Notes: a model not told the origin generated them from the letters alone. A DNA stretch of 64,000 bases from an uncultured Phycisphaerales bacterium (GCA_963755915.1 CAVWLP010000002.1:2048001-2112000); one strand, 5' to 3'; counted from the stretch's first letter, positions 1-11,952 are shown. Program-made: numbers and translations.

Positions 1-932
1 GCAAGAAACGCCTGACGCTGCTGCGTCCGCCGCAGCCCGCGCACCACCGTCTGCACGTCTTCGCTCTTGCCCGGATCGGTCGCCAATTCCGCCAGCCGCG
101 AGATGTTCATGAACTTCACGTTCTCGCTGATGATCGAGGGAATCTCGAACGGCCCAAACCCGCTGCTCCCCACTCCCACCTGCACATTCCCGAAGAAAAC
201 CCGCGGAAACTTAATCCCCCCGCTCAGCGAGATATTAACCATCGACGGCTCCGCCGGGTTCGGCCGGTCGATCGACACCAGCGCCCGCCGCGCCATCCAG
301 AATTCCTTGGGGATGGCAACATTCAAATCCGTAGGCGAATAGTCATATTTCATCCACGCCGGCCCGATCAGCTCCACCCGCTGCAGCGTCGGACGGCTAG
401 GATCCCCCGGCACCATCCGGGCGTCGTCCGCGTAAACATTGAACGATTGCCCGTCCGAATTCTCAAAGTCCAGCGCGTGCGCCTGCACGATCTTCGTCGC
501 GATCACTTTCGCGATATTCTGATAGATAACCTCTTCCGCCTTCAGCAAATAAGCCGGCACCACAAAGCACAGCAGAATCAAGCTGCTCACCGCCACCACC
601 AGCCCCAGCACCACCGCCGGCAGGGCGATCGAAAACCGCCGCGGCGAAATATAGCTGATCCCCGACGCCCGCATCGCCGTCAGCTCATTGTCCGCCGCGA
701 ACCGTCCATAAATCATCGTCGTCGCAAAGAGCGCCGAAACGGGTAGCGAATACGCGCAAACCGCCGGCATCGAATAAAGCAGCAGCCGCATCACCTGCCC
801 GAAATCCAGCCCATTTTCCGTCAGCGGGCGCAGCAGCACCGCAAAGCTCATCATTGCCGCAAGCCCGCCCGTGGTCATGAGAAACGATTTGAGAAGGTTC
901 CCGAAGATGTACCAGAACAGGGTTTTACTCAT
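1..932 (-). CDS. LptF/LptG (YjgP/YjgQ) family permease, runs off window start
   Basis: Manual translation from ATG at 932: MSKTLFWYIFGNLLKSFLMTTGGLAAMMSFAVLLRPL...YSLPVSALFATTMIYGRFAADNELTAMRASGIS, the typical LptF/G signature. Confidence 0.85.
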   Translation of the reverse strand, partial: MSKTLFWYIFGNLLKSFLMTTGGLAAMMSFAVLLRPLTENGLDFGQVMRLLLYSMPAVCAYSLPVSALFATTMIYGRFAADNELTAMRASGISYISPRRFSIALPAVVLGLVVAVSSLILLCFVVPAYLLKAEEVIYQNIAKVIATKIVQAHALDFENSDGQSFNVYADDARMVPGDPSRPTLQRVELIGPAWMKYDYSPTDLNVAIPKEFWMARRALVSIDRPNPAEPSMVNISLSGGIKFPRVFFGNVQVGVGSSGFGPFEIPSIISENVKFMNISRLAELATDPGKSEDVQTVVRGLRRTQQRQAFL

Positions 933-1041
933 GCGCCCGAACTTATCGCCTCAAGTCAATCCATCATCGGTGCAGAGCGCTCAAATGCAACAATCCGCAC
1001 CTCTTCGTGTAGCCGGCCCGCTTGCGGGCCGTGTTTTCCCC

Positions 1042-1788
1042 TCAAACCCCTTGGAAATCATGCCTTCTCGGATCCGCGATCGCCACCGCAATCGCTCGAA
1101 TCGACACCGGCCCCGCCTGCTTAATTGCCCTTGCCGCCGCCTTCACGGTAGACCCCGTCGTAATCACATCATCCACCAGCGCGACGCGTTTGCCCTTTAT
1201 CGATTTCCCATCCACCAGCCCAAACGCCAACCGCAAATTCGCCGCCCGATCCGCCGCCGCATAAACGCTTGTCTGCGCCGAAGTATTTTTCAGCCGCACG
1301 ATCGGATACTTCACCGCAATTCCCGGGCGCCTTCGAGCCAGCCGCCGCGCCAACGCATCCGCCTGATTGTACCCCCTTCCAATCTGCCGCGACCAGTACA
1401 GCGGCACCGGCACGAGAACATCAATCTCATCCAGCGCCCGCCGAATCCGCGGCTGCTCCCACATCGCATCCGCCAGAATCTCCGCCACCGGCCACCGATG
1501 CCGATATTTCATCTCATGCACCATCTTCCTCAATGGCTCCCGAAACGCCCCCAGCGCCACGATCGACTCAAACGGCGCCACTCCAGCCCCATTACAAAAC
1601 GCACAAGCACTCCCCTCCGGCACTGGCGCCCCACAAAGCCCGCACGCAGGCGATGCAGCCAGCCCCAAAACCGCCGCTTTGCATTCCGAACAAAACCGCT
1701 CCCGATCCTCCCCAATCGCCACCCCGCATACCGCGCAACTCGGCGGATAAATAAAATTCGCAAGATCGCGCGCAATACCCGTCAACAC
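1042..1788 (-). CDS. comF: ComF family protein (zinc ribbon + phosphoribosyltransferase)
   Basis: CxxC pairs, VPVPL...RGYNQA, LVDDVITTGST motifs. Confidence 0.9.
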   Translation of the reverse strand: MLTGIARDLANFIYPPSCAVCGVAIGEDRERFCSECKAAVLGLAASPACGLCGAPVPEGSACAFCNGAGVAPFESIVALGAFREPLRKMVHEMKYRHRWPVAEILADAMWEQPRIRRALDEIDVLVPVPLYWSRQIGRGYNQADALARRLARRRPGIAVKYPIVRLKNTSAQTSVYAAADRAANLRLAFGLVDGKSIKGKRVALVDDVITTGSTVKAAARAIKQAGPVSIRAIAVAIADPRRHDFQGV

Positions 1789-1978
1789 TCCTCCATTTTA
1801 TCCTAAACCCCGCAACAATAGGCGATTCCCCCTTCGTCATTCGGACTTCATTCGTCATTCAGATTTCTGGTTTCGAGTTTCTCCCCACCCCCTATTTTCT
1901 TGACACCCGCCCCCACCCCATCGTATTCTCGCCCCGCAGTTTGGAGTTGACCCTGACCATGCTGTTTGAGGATCGGCT

Positions 1979-2712
1979 TTGGCTGCGATTGGCGTAATCC
2001 CTGCCCGTTTCTCCTCCACTCGTTTTCCCGGCAAAATCGTCGCCTCTGAAACCGGCAAACCCCTCGTCCAGCACGTCGTCGAACGCGCCAAAAGGGCCCA
2101 AACTCTCGCCGACGTAATCGTCGCCACCGATGACGCCCGCGTTATCGACGCCCTCCGCCCCTTCGAAACCCGCTGCGTGCTGACCTCCCCAAATCACCCC
2201 AGCGGCACCGACCGCATCGCCGAAGTCGCCAAAACCCTTTCAGAATCAATCATCGTGAATATCCAGGGCGACGAGCCGGAAATCGAGCCGGAGACGATTG
2301 ATGCGCTCGTCCACCGCCTCGAAAGCGGTAGGGGGGACATGGCGACTGCCGCCAGCCGAATTCATCCCCTCCGACGATCCGCTCAAATCCCAACCTGGTC
2401 AAAGTCGTCATAAGTCTCGACGGCAAAGCAATATATTTCTCGCGCTCCATCATCCCCTTCGAGCGCGATTCGGCCGGAACCTCCCGGCCGGCGTATTATT
2501 TACATCAGGGAATTTACGCCTACCGGCGTGAGTTTCTTCTGCAATTGGCTTCGTGGAAGCCTACGCCGCTGGAATCAGCGGAAAAGCTCGAACAGCTTCG
2601 CGTTCTCGAGCACGGGCGGTCGATCGACGTGATTATCACCCGGCGCGCGGTGCACGGCATCGACACGCCGGAACAATACGCGGATTTTGTTAAACGATTC
2701 AGGAATTTCTAA
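1979..2712 (+). CDS. kdsB: 3-deoxy-manno-octulosonate cytidylyltransferase (apparent frameshift near 2350-2390)
   Basis: IPARFSSTRFPGK, SGTDRIAE, VNIQGDEP; shifted frame continues YFSRSIIP...GIYAYR...EKLEQLRVLE...GIDTPE to TAA at 2710-2712. Confidence 0.92.
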
Positions 2713-4461
2713 ATGAGCAACGAAGAACTTTTGTACAAGATCGGACAGTCAACGGAAGAGACGGAGTTTTACACTCCCATGCCCCCCGGCTACGCACGGG
2801 CCACCATAAATTCGTCGTCGTCGTCGGCACCGTCATGAGCGGCCTTGGCAAAGGGATATTCTCCTCCTCCCTGGCCAAGCTCCTGCAGGACAAGGGCCTG
2901 CGCGTCGCCCCCATCAAGATGGAAGGCTATTACAACATCGACAGCGGTACCCTCAACCCCTACCGCCACGGCGAAGTCTTCGTCCTCGACGACGGCATGG
3001 AAACCGACATGGACCTGGGCACCTACGAACGCCTCCTCGACCAGGATCTCACCGCCGCCAATTTCACCACCAACGGGCAGATCCTCTCCTCCGTACTGAA
3101 GAAAGAGCGCGAGGGCGGATATCTCGGCCGCGACGTGCAGTTCATTCCCCACGTCACCGGCGAAGTTAAGCTCCGCCTCCGCGAGCTGGCCGCCAAAACC
3201 AACGCCGACGTCGTCTTCGTCGAAGTCGGCGGCACCGTGGGCGACTTCGAAAACCAGGCCTACCTCGAAGCCTGCCGCCAGCTTGCCTACGAGGAGGGCG
3301 AAAACTCCGTCGTCGTTCGTCGTGCTGACATACGTCATGGAGCCCGGCGCCCTCGGCGAGCAGAAATCCAAGGCCGCCCAGCTTGGCATCAAGCGCCTCA
3401 TGGAAGCCGGCATCATGCCGCACATCATCGCCTGCCGGGCTTCCAATCCCGTCAAGGAAAAAGTCCGCGAAAAGATTTCCATGTACACCAACGTCCCGAT
3501 GCGGCGAGTGATCTCGATGCACGATGTCGAGAGCATCTACACCATTCCCGACGCCCTCCGCGCCGCCGGCATCGACCGCGAAGTCCTGACCCTGCTGACC
3601 CTTCACGACCGCGTCGATCAGCGGCAAGCGAAGACCAGGCCCGCCTCAAATGGCGCCAGTTCGTCGACCGCATCGGCAAGCCGCGCAAAGACGTCACCGT
3701 CGCCGTCACCGGCAAATACACCGCCCTGCGCGATTCCTACGCCTCCATCATCAAGGCCGCCGAACATTGCGGCGTCCAGCTCGGCGTCAACGTCAACTTC
3801 AAGTGGATCGACACCACCAGCATCGACGCCAACAACGTCGCCAAACGCCTCGCCGACATGCCACGGCATCATCGTCCCCGGCGGGTTCGGCGTCCGCGGC
3901 ACCGAAGGAAAAATCGAGTGCATCCGCTTCGCCCGCGAAAACAAAATGCCCTACCTCGGCCTCTGCCTCGGCTTCCAGATGGCGGTCATCGAATTCGCCC
4001 GCAACGTCTGCGGCATCGCCGGCGCCAACAGCACCGAATTCGAAAAGAACTGTAAAAACGCCGTCATCGACATCCTCCCCGAACAAAAGAAAATCGAAGG
4101 CCTCGGCGGAAACATGCGCCTCGGCGGCAAAGACGTCGAGCTCAAACCCGGCACCCTCGCCGCCAAGCTCTTCGACAACGCCCGCACCATCCGCCTCCGT
4201 TTCCGCCACCGCTACGAAGTCGACCCCAAATATATCCCCACCCTGGAAGAACACGGCATGATCTTCAGCGGCAAGCATCCCACCCAGCCGATCATGCAAA
4301 TCCTGGAGTTGCCCCAGGACGTCCATCCCTATTTCGTAGGAACCCAGGCCCACCCGGAGCTGACGAGCCGCCCCCTCCGCCCCCAGCCGCTTTTCCTCGG
4401 ATTCTGCAAAGCGGTGATGGAATTTGCCGACCGAAAAGTGCGCGAGCCGCAGGCGGTGTGA
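2713..4461 (+). CDS. pyrG: CTP synthase (several apparent frameshifts)
   Basis: VMSGLGKGI, HGEVFVLDDGMETDMDLGTYER, EVGGTVGD, GLCLGFQ, RHRYEV, QAHPEL spread over ORFs 2835..4055 and 3283..4461; ATG directly after kdsB stop. Confidence 0.95.
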
Positions 4462-4964
4462 GGCATCTCATGGGTGAATCGACGGATAACTCGTCGAGCC
4501 CCTCGCAGACCACACAGGATCCAAACCAAATCTTGGATTATCGAACGCCGGGTGCCCAGCCCGCAGCCGTCGAAGAAGGCTTCTCAGTACCTCGAGTCCT
4601 TGGCCAGTTTGCAATTGGAGCGATGTTGCCGTTCGTTTTCCTGGCGCTGCGGGACCGCGATCTTTCGGCGATTTGGGCGGGCGCCTTTATGACGTGGGGC
4701 TTGTGCGCGATCTTACTAATTGCAATTAAGATTCGCGGCGCCGTTGTCCCCCTGGATCCCAACGGCAGGCCATGGTGGATCCACACGAGCGCCGGAGCCT
4801 TAATGGCGACGGTGTTCCTCTTGATTTTGGTCAACACCACGGATCGCGATAGATATTGGACGATTCTTGGCGACGGCGGCACCATTTTACTGGCTCTTTG
4901 CCTGACCTCGATTGCCGCGGGAATGCTGGCGATCCTGCTCGCGCCGAAGAAGCGGACAAATTAA
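4458..4964 (+). CDS. hypothetical membrane protein (about 4 TM segments)
   Basis: 168-aa ORF overlapping the pyrG stop, four hydrophobic stretches. Confidence 0.6.
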   Translation: MRHLMGESTDNSSSPSQTTQDPNQILDYRTPGAQPAAVEEGFSVPRVLGQFAIGAMLPFVFLALRDRDLSAIWAGAFMTWGLCAILLIAIKIRGAVVPLDPNGRPWWIHTSAGALMATVFLLILVNTTDRDRYWTILGDGGTILLALCLTSIAAGMLAILLAPKKRTN

Positions 4965-5010
4965 AGGAAATTTTCCGCGCCTCGGTATGCTAAATTTCGC
5001 GCGAGCCCCC

Positions 5011-5053
5011 ACCCCCTCGCCCTGTACTCAGGGAGAGGGTTGGGGTGAGGGCC
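5011..5053. repeat. REP-like palindrome family A, copy 1
   Basis: accccctcgccctgtactcagggagagggttggggtgagggcc; related copies at 11896, 13858, 14881, 15775. Confidence 0.85.
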
Positions 5054-5143
5054 CTCGAAGAATCTGGCTTCCTAAGGGCCAACATCCGCGATTACTCGAC
5101 ATCGTGGTTTTCCCCACGGGGCGGGTTCGGGATATAATCGTCG

Positions 5144-5338
5144 GTGATGAGCACCGCCCAATTACGCCGCGAATTGAAAAAAGCCATCGATCGGCTTCCG
5201 CCGAAGCAACTGGAGTCAGTCGACGATTTTGTGCGATTCCTTAGTCGCCCGTCGATAGCTGAGCGTCTGGCTGCGGCGGAAAAGTCGATCGCCGCCGGAA
5301 AAGGGATCAACTGGCGCAAGGTCCGGTCGGATGTTTGA
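5144..5338 (+). CDS. putative antitoxin
   Basis: 64-aa ORF overlapping a RelE-like gene; TATAAT at 5133-5138 just upstream. Confidence 0.7.
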   Translation: MMSTAQLRRELKKAIDRLPPKQLESVDDFVRFLSRPSIAERLAAAEKSIAAGKGINWRKVRSDV

Positions 5339-5590
5339 GGTAATCCTCTCCTCAGAGGCTAGGGGATTCTACGACGCCGCGGATCGTCCCCTCGCGCGAA
5401 GCTTGCGCGTTGTTTTGCCGTTTTGGAAGAGAATCCCCGTCAACACAACAATGCCAAGCGACTCACCGGTCAGAAGGCAGGTCAGTGGCGATTCAGAGTC
5501 GGTGATTGGCGCGTGGTCTATCGCATCGACGGCGACGCCCAGCGAGTTTTTGTCCTAATCATCGCGCATCGGCGCGAAGTCTACGACTGA
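5331..5590 (+). CDS. RelE/ParE family toxin (apparent frameshift near 5400)
   Basis: MFEVILSSEA... then shifted frame ENPRQHNNAKRLTGQKAGQWRFRVGDWRVVYRIDGDAQRVFVLIIAHRREVYD. Confidence 0.85.
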
Positions 5591-5603
5591 TTCCCTGGCA
5601 TCC

Positions 5604-7249
5604 TCAATTTGTGGACTTCGGAATCAGCGCACGAAGCACTTCCCGCCCCAGCGCCGGCGCCGAAGGATTCCGACCCGCCATCTTCCCACTCAGCACCTCC
5701 CGAATCCTCCGCACCAATCCCTCGCGCGACAGCGTCCCTACGCAAACCGTCCCCAGCGGCAGCACCGGCAAACACTCTTCCCATCCGCAAACGCCTCCAG
5801 CGTCGCCCGGCACTGATAAACCGCGCTCGTCAAATCCCCCACGCTTTCAATCGCCCCACCCCAAACCGATTTCAGATCGGCAATCTCCCCCCAACCTCTC
5901 CCAAACACCGCCAGCGGCACGCCGCTATTCGCCAGCATTCGAACCAGCCCTCTTTTGTAAGCCGGAAAAATCAGCCTCTCAAAAAACATCCCCCGGTCCA
6001 TCCCCTCATCCGCCGAGCCCAGTTTGCTCATCCGCGATTGCAGATATCGCTCCGGATTATCCCCCAGCGCCAACGGATCGCGCAAAAGCTCCGCCTCGAT
6101 CGACTCCCAAAGCAGCAGTTGGCTCGAAAAATCCTTCACCCGCTGCGGAATTTCAATCGCCGAAACATCGCAAAAAATCCCCAGCCGCCGGGGCGGATCC
6201 TCCGGCGTCGGCACTACGCCCGGCCATCCCGCAATCGCAATCCGTTCCGCCCGCCAGCCCATGTTGATCGCCGCTTCGCGCCAGCTCGCATCGGCAAGAA
6301 TCACCCCATCCCCCGCGCAATTCGCCATCGGCGTGACAATCCGTCCCGTCGTCACCCAGGTAATCCAGGCTGTCCGCGGCCCGACAACGCCGGCCAAATC
6401 CGCCCGGAAAAAATCTCCCGCCACGACCGCCCCCGCATCCGCCGCAGCCTCCGCCAGCGCCAGCGGCGAAGCGCTCAACGGATGATCCGTATCAATGCCG
6501 CAGAATCCATCCGTCTCCCCATCCTTCAGCAGCGCCGTTCGCAGCGCCACATTCGAAAGGTCCGCCAGGTTAAACCGCGATCCCGCCAGCACGATGATCT
6601 TTCCCGTACGCGATTTCTTATCGCCCGCCCCCAAAATCTCCGGCAATCGCTCCGCCCGCCGATTCGTCTCCCGCGAAATCACCTCCTGCGCCCCCTTCGT
6701 TAGCTGCGCCATCTCATTCTCATCCAGCAGCGGCGTTCGAATAAACTGCTGCGGCAGCGAAAGCCCGGGAAATCTCTCAAAAAGCTCCCCAAGCCGCCCC
6801 GGCCACTCCTCTCCCGAAACAAAAAGCAACCTCGCCCCCCTGATTTCCTCAACAAAATCATCGCAATGCAGCAGAATTTTCAAGCTCCCAACGTCTGGCA
6901 CCACCGCCAAAACCGCCTGCGTCGCTCCAATCTTCTCAAAACACGCCCTGATCTGCCCCGCATGCGAAGGACTCAGAAAGCACCCCAAACTCCCCACCAG
7001 CTCCAGTTTTTTGAGCATCTCCCGCGCCGCCGCCAGCGGCACAGAGCACCCGCTCCACCATCCCCCCTCCGTCCGCAGCGTCAAATATCCATCCCGTCCA
7101 AAAACCCATTCCCCGGAGACTTCATGCCCAGACAATAATGCAGCGATTCCCAATTGCAGCCCCTCCATGGCCGCAACATTGCCGCGAAAGTTTTCCGCCG
7201 CCGCCAACTCGGCAGACAAAGCCTGGGGAATTTGCGTCTCGGCAATCAT
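5604..7249 (-). CDS. hypothetical protein, possible glycosyltransferase-like C-terminus; 3' end uncertain (ORF stops at 5738, may continue after frameshift)
   Basis: 503-aa ORF with normal composition; PLAVFGRGW...WGGAI resembles CgeB-type glycosyltransferase segments (weak). Confidence 0.55.
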
Positions 7250-7371
7250 CCGATTGAGAGATTATCGGACATACCGACCGCAGAGGATTAGCCTATGCAA
7301 TCCGCCCCCACCCACAAAGCCAATCCGAAAAATGCATCTCACCGCCGCAATCATCGATTCTTTGTCTTTCC

Positions 7372-7432
7372 TGGCGATCTTCGCGTCTTGGCGGTTATAA
7401 GATTTTTAACCGCCAAGACGCGAAGAGCGCCA
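7372..7432. repeat. long inverted repeat
   Basis: tggcgatcttcgcgtcttggcggtta ... taaccgccaagacgcgaagagcgcca. Confidence 0.8.
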
Positions 7433-7509
7433 ATAATTGTGAATCTATTGAACACATGCATTGCCTCCGGACTCCCCGCTTTGCCAAAACCATGACTGAA
7501 AGAAGAACC

Positions 7510-7585
7510 TCACGCAGAGGCGCAAGGCGCAGAGGAAAAAAAATCCGAATCTCCATCTTCCTCCGCGCCTTGCGCCTCTGCGTGA
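7510..7585. repeat. long inverted repeat
   Basis: tcacgcagaggcgcaaggcgcagagg ... cctccgcgccttgcgcctctgcgtga. Confidence 0.8.
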
Positions 7586-7705
7586 GATATTAATTCGGTC
7601 GAACTGCCGGCCAATTCCGCCCCAATATCTCCGCGGTGAATAGCCCGGTTTAACCCCAAAATAGTCTTCCCCCCAATCTTCGACTAAAATCCCCCATTAG
7701 CCCAT

Positions 7706-8554
7706 ATGCGATTCACCAAAATGCACGGCATCGGCAACGATTACGTCTACGTCAACGGTTTCACCGAAACCGTCCCCGACCCCGCGCGCCTCGCCATCCA
7801 AATATCCAATCGCCATTTCGGCGTAGGCTCCGACGGCCTGATCTTGATTCTCCCATCGAATAAAGCCGACGTCCGCATGCGCATGTTCAACGCCGACGGC
7901 TCCGAAGCCGAAATGTGCGGCAACGGCATCCGCTGCGTCGCCAAATTCGCCTACGAGCACGCCCTCGCAAAAACCAACCCCATGCGCATCGAAACCGGCA
8001 GCGGGGTCCTCTCCCTCCAACTCCACCTCGACGGCCCAAAAGTCGATCGCGTCACCGTCGATATGGGCAAACCCATCCTCGATCTGCCCAAAATTCCCGT
8101 GACGGCGCAATTCCTGACCCCGCTCAAATCGCCGCATCAATTTGAATTCCGCATCGGCGACACTCGAATATCCAACGCCACATTCGTCTCCATGGGAAAT
8201 CCCCACGTGGTCATCTTCGAGCCGAACGTCGCCGATATCGACGTGCGGCAACTGGGCCCGCTCATCGAGCACTTCAAAGCCTTCCCCAATCGCATCAACG
8301 CCCATTGGGTCCAGGTCATCTCGCGAGGCGAAGTCATCATGCGCACTTGGGAACGCGGCAGCGGCATCACCCAGGCCTGCGGCACCGGCGCCTGCGCCGT
8401 CTGCGTCGCCGGCGCTCTCACCAACCGCACCGACCGCAAAATCCTCGCCCATTTGCCCGGCGGCGACCTCAATCTCGATTGGCGCACCACCGACGACACC
8501 GTCCACATGACCGGCCCCGCCACCGAAGTCTTCTCCGGCGATTGGCCGCTATAA
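7706..8554 (+). CDS. dapF: diaminopimelate epimerase
   Basis: FTKMHGIGNDY, EMCGNGIRC, SMGNPH, ERGSGITQACGTGACA. Confidence 0.97.
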   Translation: MRFTKMHGIGNDYVYVNGFTETVPDPARLAIQISNRHFGVGSDGLILILPSNKADVRMRMFNADGSEAEMCGNGIRCVAKFAYEHALAKTNPMRIETGSGVLSLQLHLDGPKVDRVTVDMGKPILDLPKIPVTAQFLTPLKSPHQFEFRIGDTRISNATFVSMGNPHVVIFEPNVADIDVRQLGPLIEHFKAFPNRINAHWVQVISRGEVIMRTWERGSGITQACGTGACAVCVAGALTNRTDRKILAHLPGGDLNLDWRTTDDTVHMTGPATEVFSGDWPL

Positions 8555-8603
8555 TCTCCACATACTCTATGAAAGCCACGGACCAAGCCGTGGACAACCC
8601 CTA

Positions 8604-9674
8604 ATGCCCCTCACACGCGACCAGGTCATCAAGGCTCTCCAAACCGTTCAAGACCCCGAACTGTTTAAGGACATCGTCTCCCTCAACATGGTCAAGGAAA
8701 TCCGCCTCGACGGCGACAACGTCTGGGTCAACGTCGAGCTGACGACTCCCGCCTGCCCCCTCAAAGAGCGCATTGAAAAAGATGTAACGACCGCCCTGAA
8801 AGCCGCCGGCGCCAGCGAAGTCTCCCTCCAGCTCACCGCCAACACCCGCGGCCCAGCCAACCCGCGCAAGGACGTCCTCCCCCAGGTCAAAAATGTCGTT
8901 GCCGTCGGCGCCGGCAAAGGCGGCGTCGGAAAATCCACCATCGCCCTCAATCTCGCCGTCGGCCTCCAACGCGCCGGCGCCCAGGTCGGCCTCATGGACG
9001 GCGACATCTACGGCCCCTCCATGCCCACCATGCTCGGCATCAAGGGCCAAACCCCACGCCTCAGCGGCAACAAAATCATCCCCCACTTCGTACACGGCAT
9101 TCACGCCATCACCATGGGCTCCCTCGTCGAGCCCGAAAAACCCCTCATCTGGCGCGGCCCCATGGCCCACGGCGCCTTCCGCCAACTCCTCCTCGACAAC
9201 ACCCTCTGGCCCGAACTCGATTACCTCATCGTCGATCTCCCCCCCGGCACCGGCGACGTCCCCCTCACCCTCTGCCAGCTTCTCCCCCTCACCGGCGCCG
9301 TCATCGTCGCCACTCCCCAGCAGGTCGCCCTCGACGACGCCGTCCGCGCCGTAAAAATGTTCGAGCAGCTCCAAACCTCGATTCTGGGCCTCGTAGAAAA
9401 CATGAGCTATTTCGCCGCCCCCGACGGCTCCGAGCACGACCTCTTCGGCCGCGGAGGCGCCGAAACCGCCGCCAAACAAATGGGCCTCCCCTTCCTCGGC
9501 GCAATCCCCCTCTACACCGAACTCCGCGCCAACAGCGACGCAGGCACTCCCGAGAAAAACTTTGAAGGAAACCCCACCCTCGCCGCCGCCCTCTCCCACA
9601 TCGTCGAAAACCTCGCCGGCCAGATCAGCAAACACAACCTTGCCGGCGACGCCCCGCAGCTCAACATCACCTAA
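8604..9674 (+). CDS. mrp: Mrp/NBP35 (ApbC) Fe-S cluster carrier ATPase with N-terminal DUF59
   Basis: DPEL..DIV, TTPACP, GKGGVGKST, DIYGPS, IWRGPM, DLPPGTGD, ENMS. Confidence 0.95.
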   Translation: MPLTRDQVIKALQTVQDPELFKDIVSLNMVKEIRLDGDNVWVNVELTTPACPLKERIEKDVTTALKAAGASEVSLQLTANTRGPANPRKDVLPQVKNVVAVGAGKGGVGKSTIALNLAVGLQRAGAQVGLMDGDIYGPSMPTMLGIKGQTPRLSGNKIIPHFVHGIHAITMGSLVEPEKPLIWRGPMAHGAFRQLLLDNTLWPELDYLIVDLPPGTGDVPLTLCQLLPLTGAVIVATPQQVALDDAVRAVKMFEQLQTSILGLVENMSYFAAPDGSEHDLFGRGGAETAAKQMGLPFLGAIPLYTELRANSDAGTPEKNFEGNPTLAAALSHIVENLAGQISKHNLAGDAPQLNIT

Positions 9675-9721
9675 GCGCAACGCCTAAATACGCGCCCTCA
9701 AACAAAAACCATCCCACACCC

Positions 9722-9748
9722 GTTTAGCCGCAACTCCGAAGGAGTGCG
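9722..9748. repeat. REP-like family B, copy 1
   Basis: gtttagccgcaactccgaaggagtgcg; related copies at 13760 and 16110. Confidence 0.75.
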
Positions 9749-9797
9749 TTTTTTCCGCTGTCGCACAATCAAGCCGCCCCACTTAGGATGGCGCCAA

Positions 9798-11952
9798 ATG
9801 CCCAATCGCCTCGCACAAGAATCCTCCCCCTACCTCCTCCAGCACGCCCACAACCCGGTCGACTGGTATCCCTGGGGCCCCGAAGCCCTCCGAAAATCCG
9901 CTCGCGAAAACAAACCCATCTTCCTCTCCGTAGGCTACAGCACCTGCTACTGGTGCCACGTCATGGAACGCGAATGCTTCGAGAGCAACGAAATCGCCGC
10001 CCAAATGAACGCCCACTTCGTCAACATCAAGGTCGATCGCGAGCAGCGCCCCGACATCGACCAGCTCTACATGACCGCCGTCCAAATCATCACCCACCAG
10101 GGCGGCTGGCCCATGAGCCTCTTCCTCACCCCCGACCTCAAACCCTTCTACGGCGGCACCTATTTCCCCCCATCCGACCGCTACGGCCGCCCCGGCTTCC
10201 CCAAAATCCTCTCCGCCGTCGCCGAAGCCTTTGCCAACCGCCGCCCCGACATCGAAGCCTCCGCCGACAATATCGTCGGCATCCTCCGCCGCCTCTCCCG
10301 TCCGCGCCGATCCCCCGACGAAATCCGCCTCGACGCAAATTCAATCCGCGACCTCATCCACCGCTCCCTCTCCGATTACGACCAGACCAACGGCGGCTTC
10401 GGCTCCGCCCCCAAATTCCCCCGCGAAACCCTCCTGGAACTCCTCCTCACCTATCTCCGCGCCGACCCCGACCCCGCCCTCACACAAATCCTGATCCACT
10501 CCCTGAAATCCATGGCCCACGGCGGAATCCGCGACCATCTCGGCGGTGGCTTCCATCGCTACAGCACCGACGCCCGCTGGCTCATCCCCCACTTCGAAAT
10601 CATGCTCTACGACAACGCCATGCTCCTCTGGACCTACGCCGAGGCCCACGAGCAAACGCGCGACCCCGAGTTCGCCCTCATCGCCCGCGGCATCGCCGAT
10701 TTCATCCTCCGCGAAATGACCTCCGAATCCGGCGGTTTCTTTACAGCCTTAGACGCCGAGGTCGACGGCCAGGAAGGCCAAAACTATCTCTGGACCCGCG
10801 ATGAGATTTCCCACGCCCTCACCGGCAAAACCAACGTCGAAAAATTCCTCCGCGCCTACGGCCTCGATCAAGGCCCCAATTTCGCCGACCCCCACCACGG
10901 CGATGGCCTCCCCGACCGCAACGTCCTCTTCCTCGCCGAAGACTCCTCCGCCCTCACCGATCCCGACCTGGAGAATTCCCGAAAAATCCTCCACGAACTC
11001 CGCCGCGCCCGAAAACAACCCCGCCTCGACAACAAAATTCTCATCAGTTGGAACGCCCTGATGATCCGCGCCCTCGCCCACGCCGGCGAAATCCTCCACG
11101 AGCCGAAATACTCACAAGCCGCCGAAAATGCGCCGATTTCCTCTTAAGCAGCAGTAGGGGGGCGCCCATCCCAAACTCCTCGACGACTTTGCCTTCCTCA
11201 TCCACGCACTTCTCTCCCTCCCCAATCGCCGCGATCGTGCCGCTGAACTCGCCAAAACCATGCTCGATCTTTTCGAAGACCCGCGCGGCGGCCTCTATTT
11301 CACCCCCGAAAACGCCACCGACCTGATCGTCCGCCAGATGATCGGCACCGACAGCCCCCTCCCCAGCGGCAACGCCGTCGCCGCCATGGCCCTGATCGAC
11401 CTCGGCAATTTCCCCGCCGCCGCAAACATCATCTCCGCCTTCGCCGCGCAATTAACCGACGCCGCCGAAAGCATGAGCGCCCTCATCCAAGCGGCCCTCC
11501 TCTATATCCGCGCCCACGGCCCCCTCACCGCCCCCGGCGACAACGAAATCGCCGGCCCCAAACCCCCCTCGCAACTCTCATCCGAGCTCGTCGATTTACA
11601 CCCCACCTGGGACGGCCCCATCCTTCGCATCCGCTGCCACGTCCACAACGACTACCACCTGAATCCCCACGACGCCCCCATCGAACCCACACGGCTGACG
11701 ATCTCCGGCCCCCAGCCGGAAAAAATCGAATATCCCCCCGGCCAACTCTCCAACGATTTCGAAATCCTCGTAAAATTCCCCTCCCCCGTCACCACCCCGA
11801 TCCAACTCCACCTCCGCTACCAACCTTGCGATTCCACCTCCTGCCTCCCCCCCGCAACGCACACCGCGGACGTCCCCAATCCGCCAACGCGCATTACCCC
11901 CTCGTCCAGTACTCTGGGAGAGGGTCGGGGTGAGGGCCCCAAAAAAATCTGA
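9798..11952 (+). CDS. thioredoxin-domain YyaL/SPATA20 (DUF255) family protein (apparent frameshift near 11130)
   Basis: [55 protein letters not shown]; second ORF has PSGNAVAA. Confidence 0.9.
11896..11938. repeat. REP-like family A, copy 2 (inside 3' end of ORF)
   Basis: accccctcgtccagtactctgggagagggtcggggtgagggcc. Confidence 0.85.
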
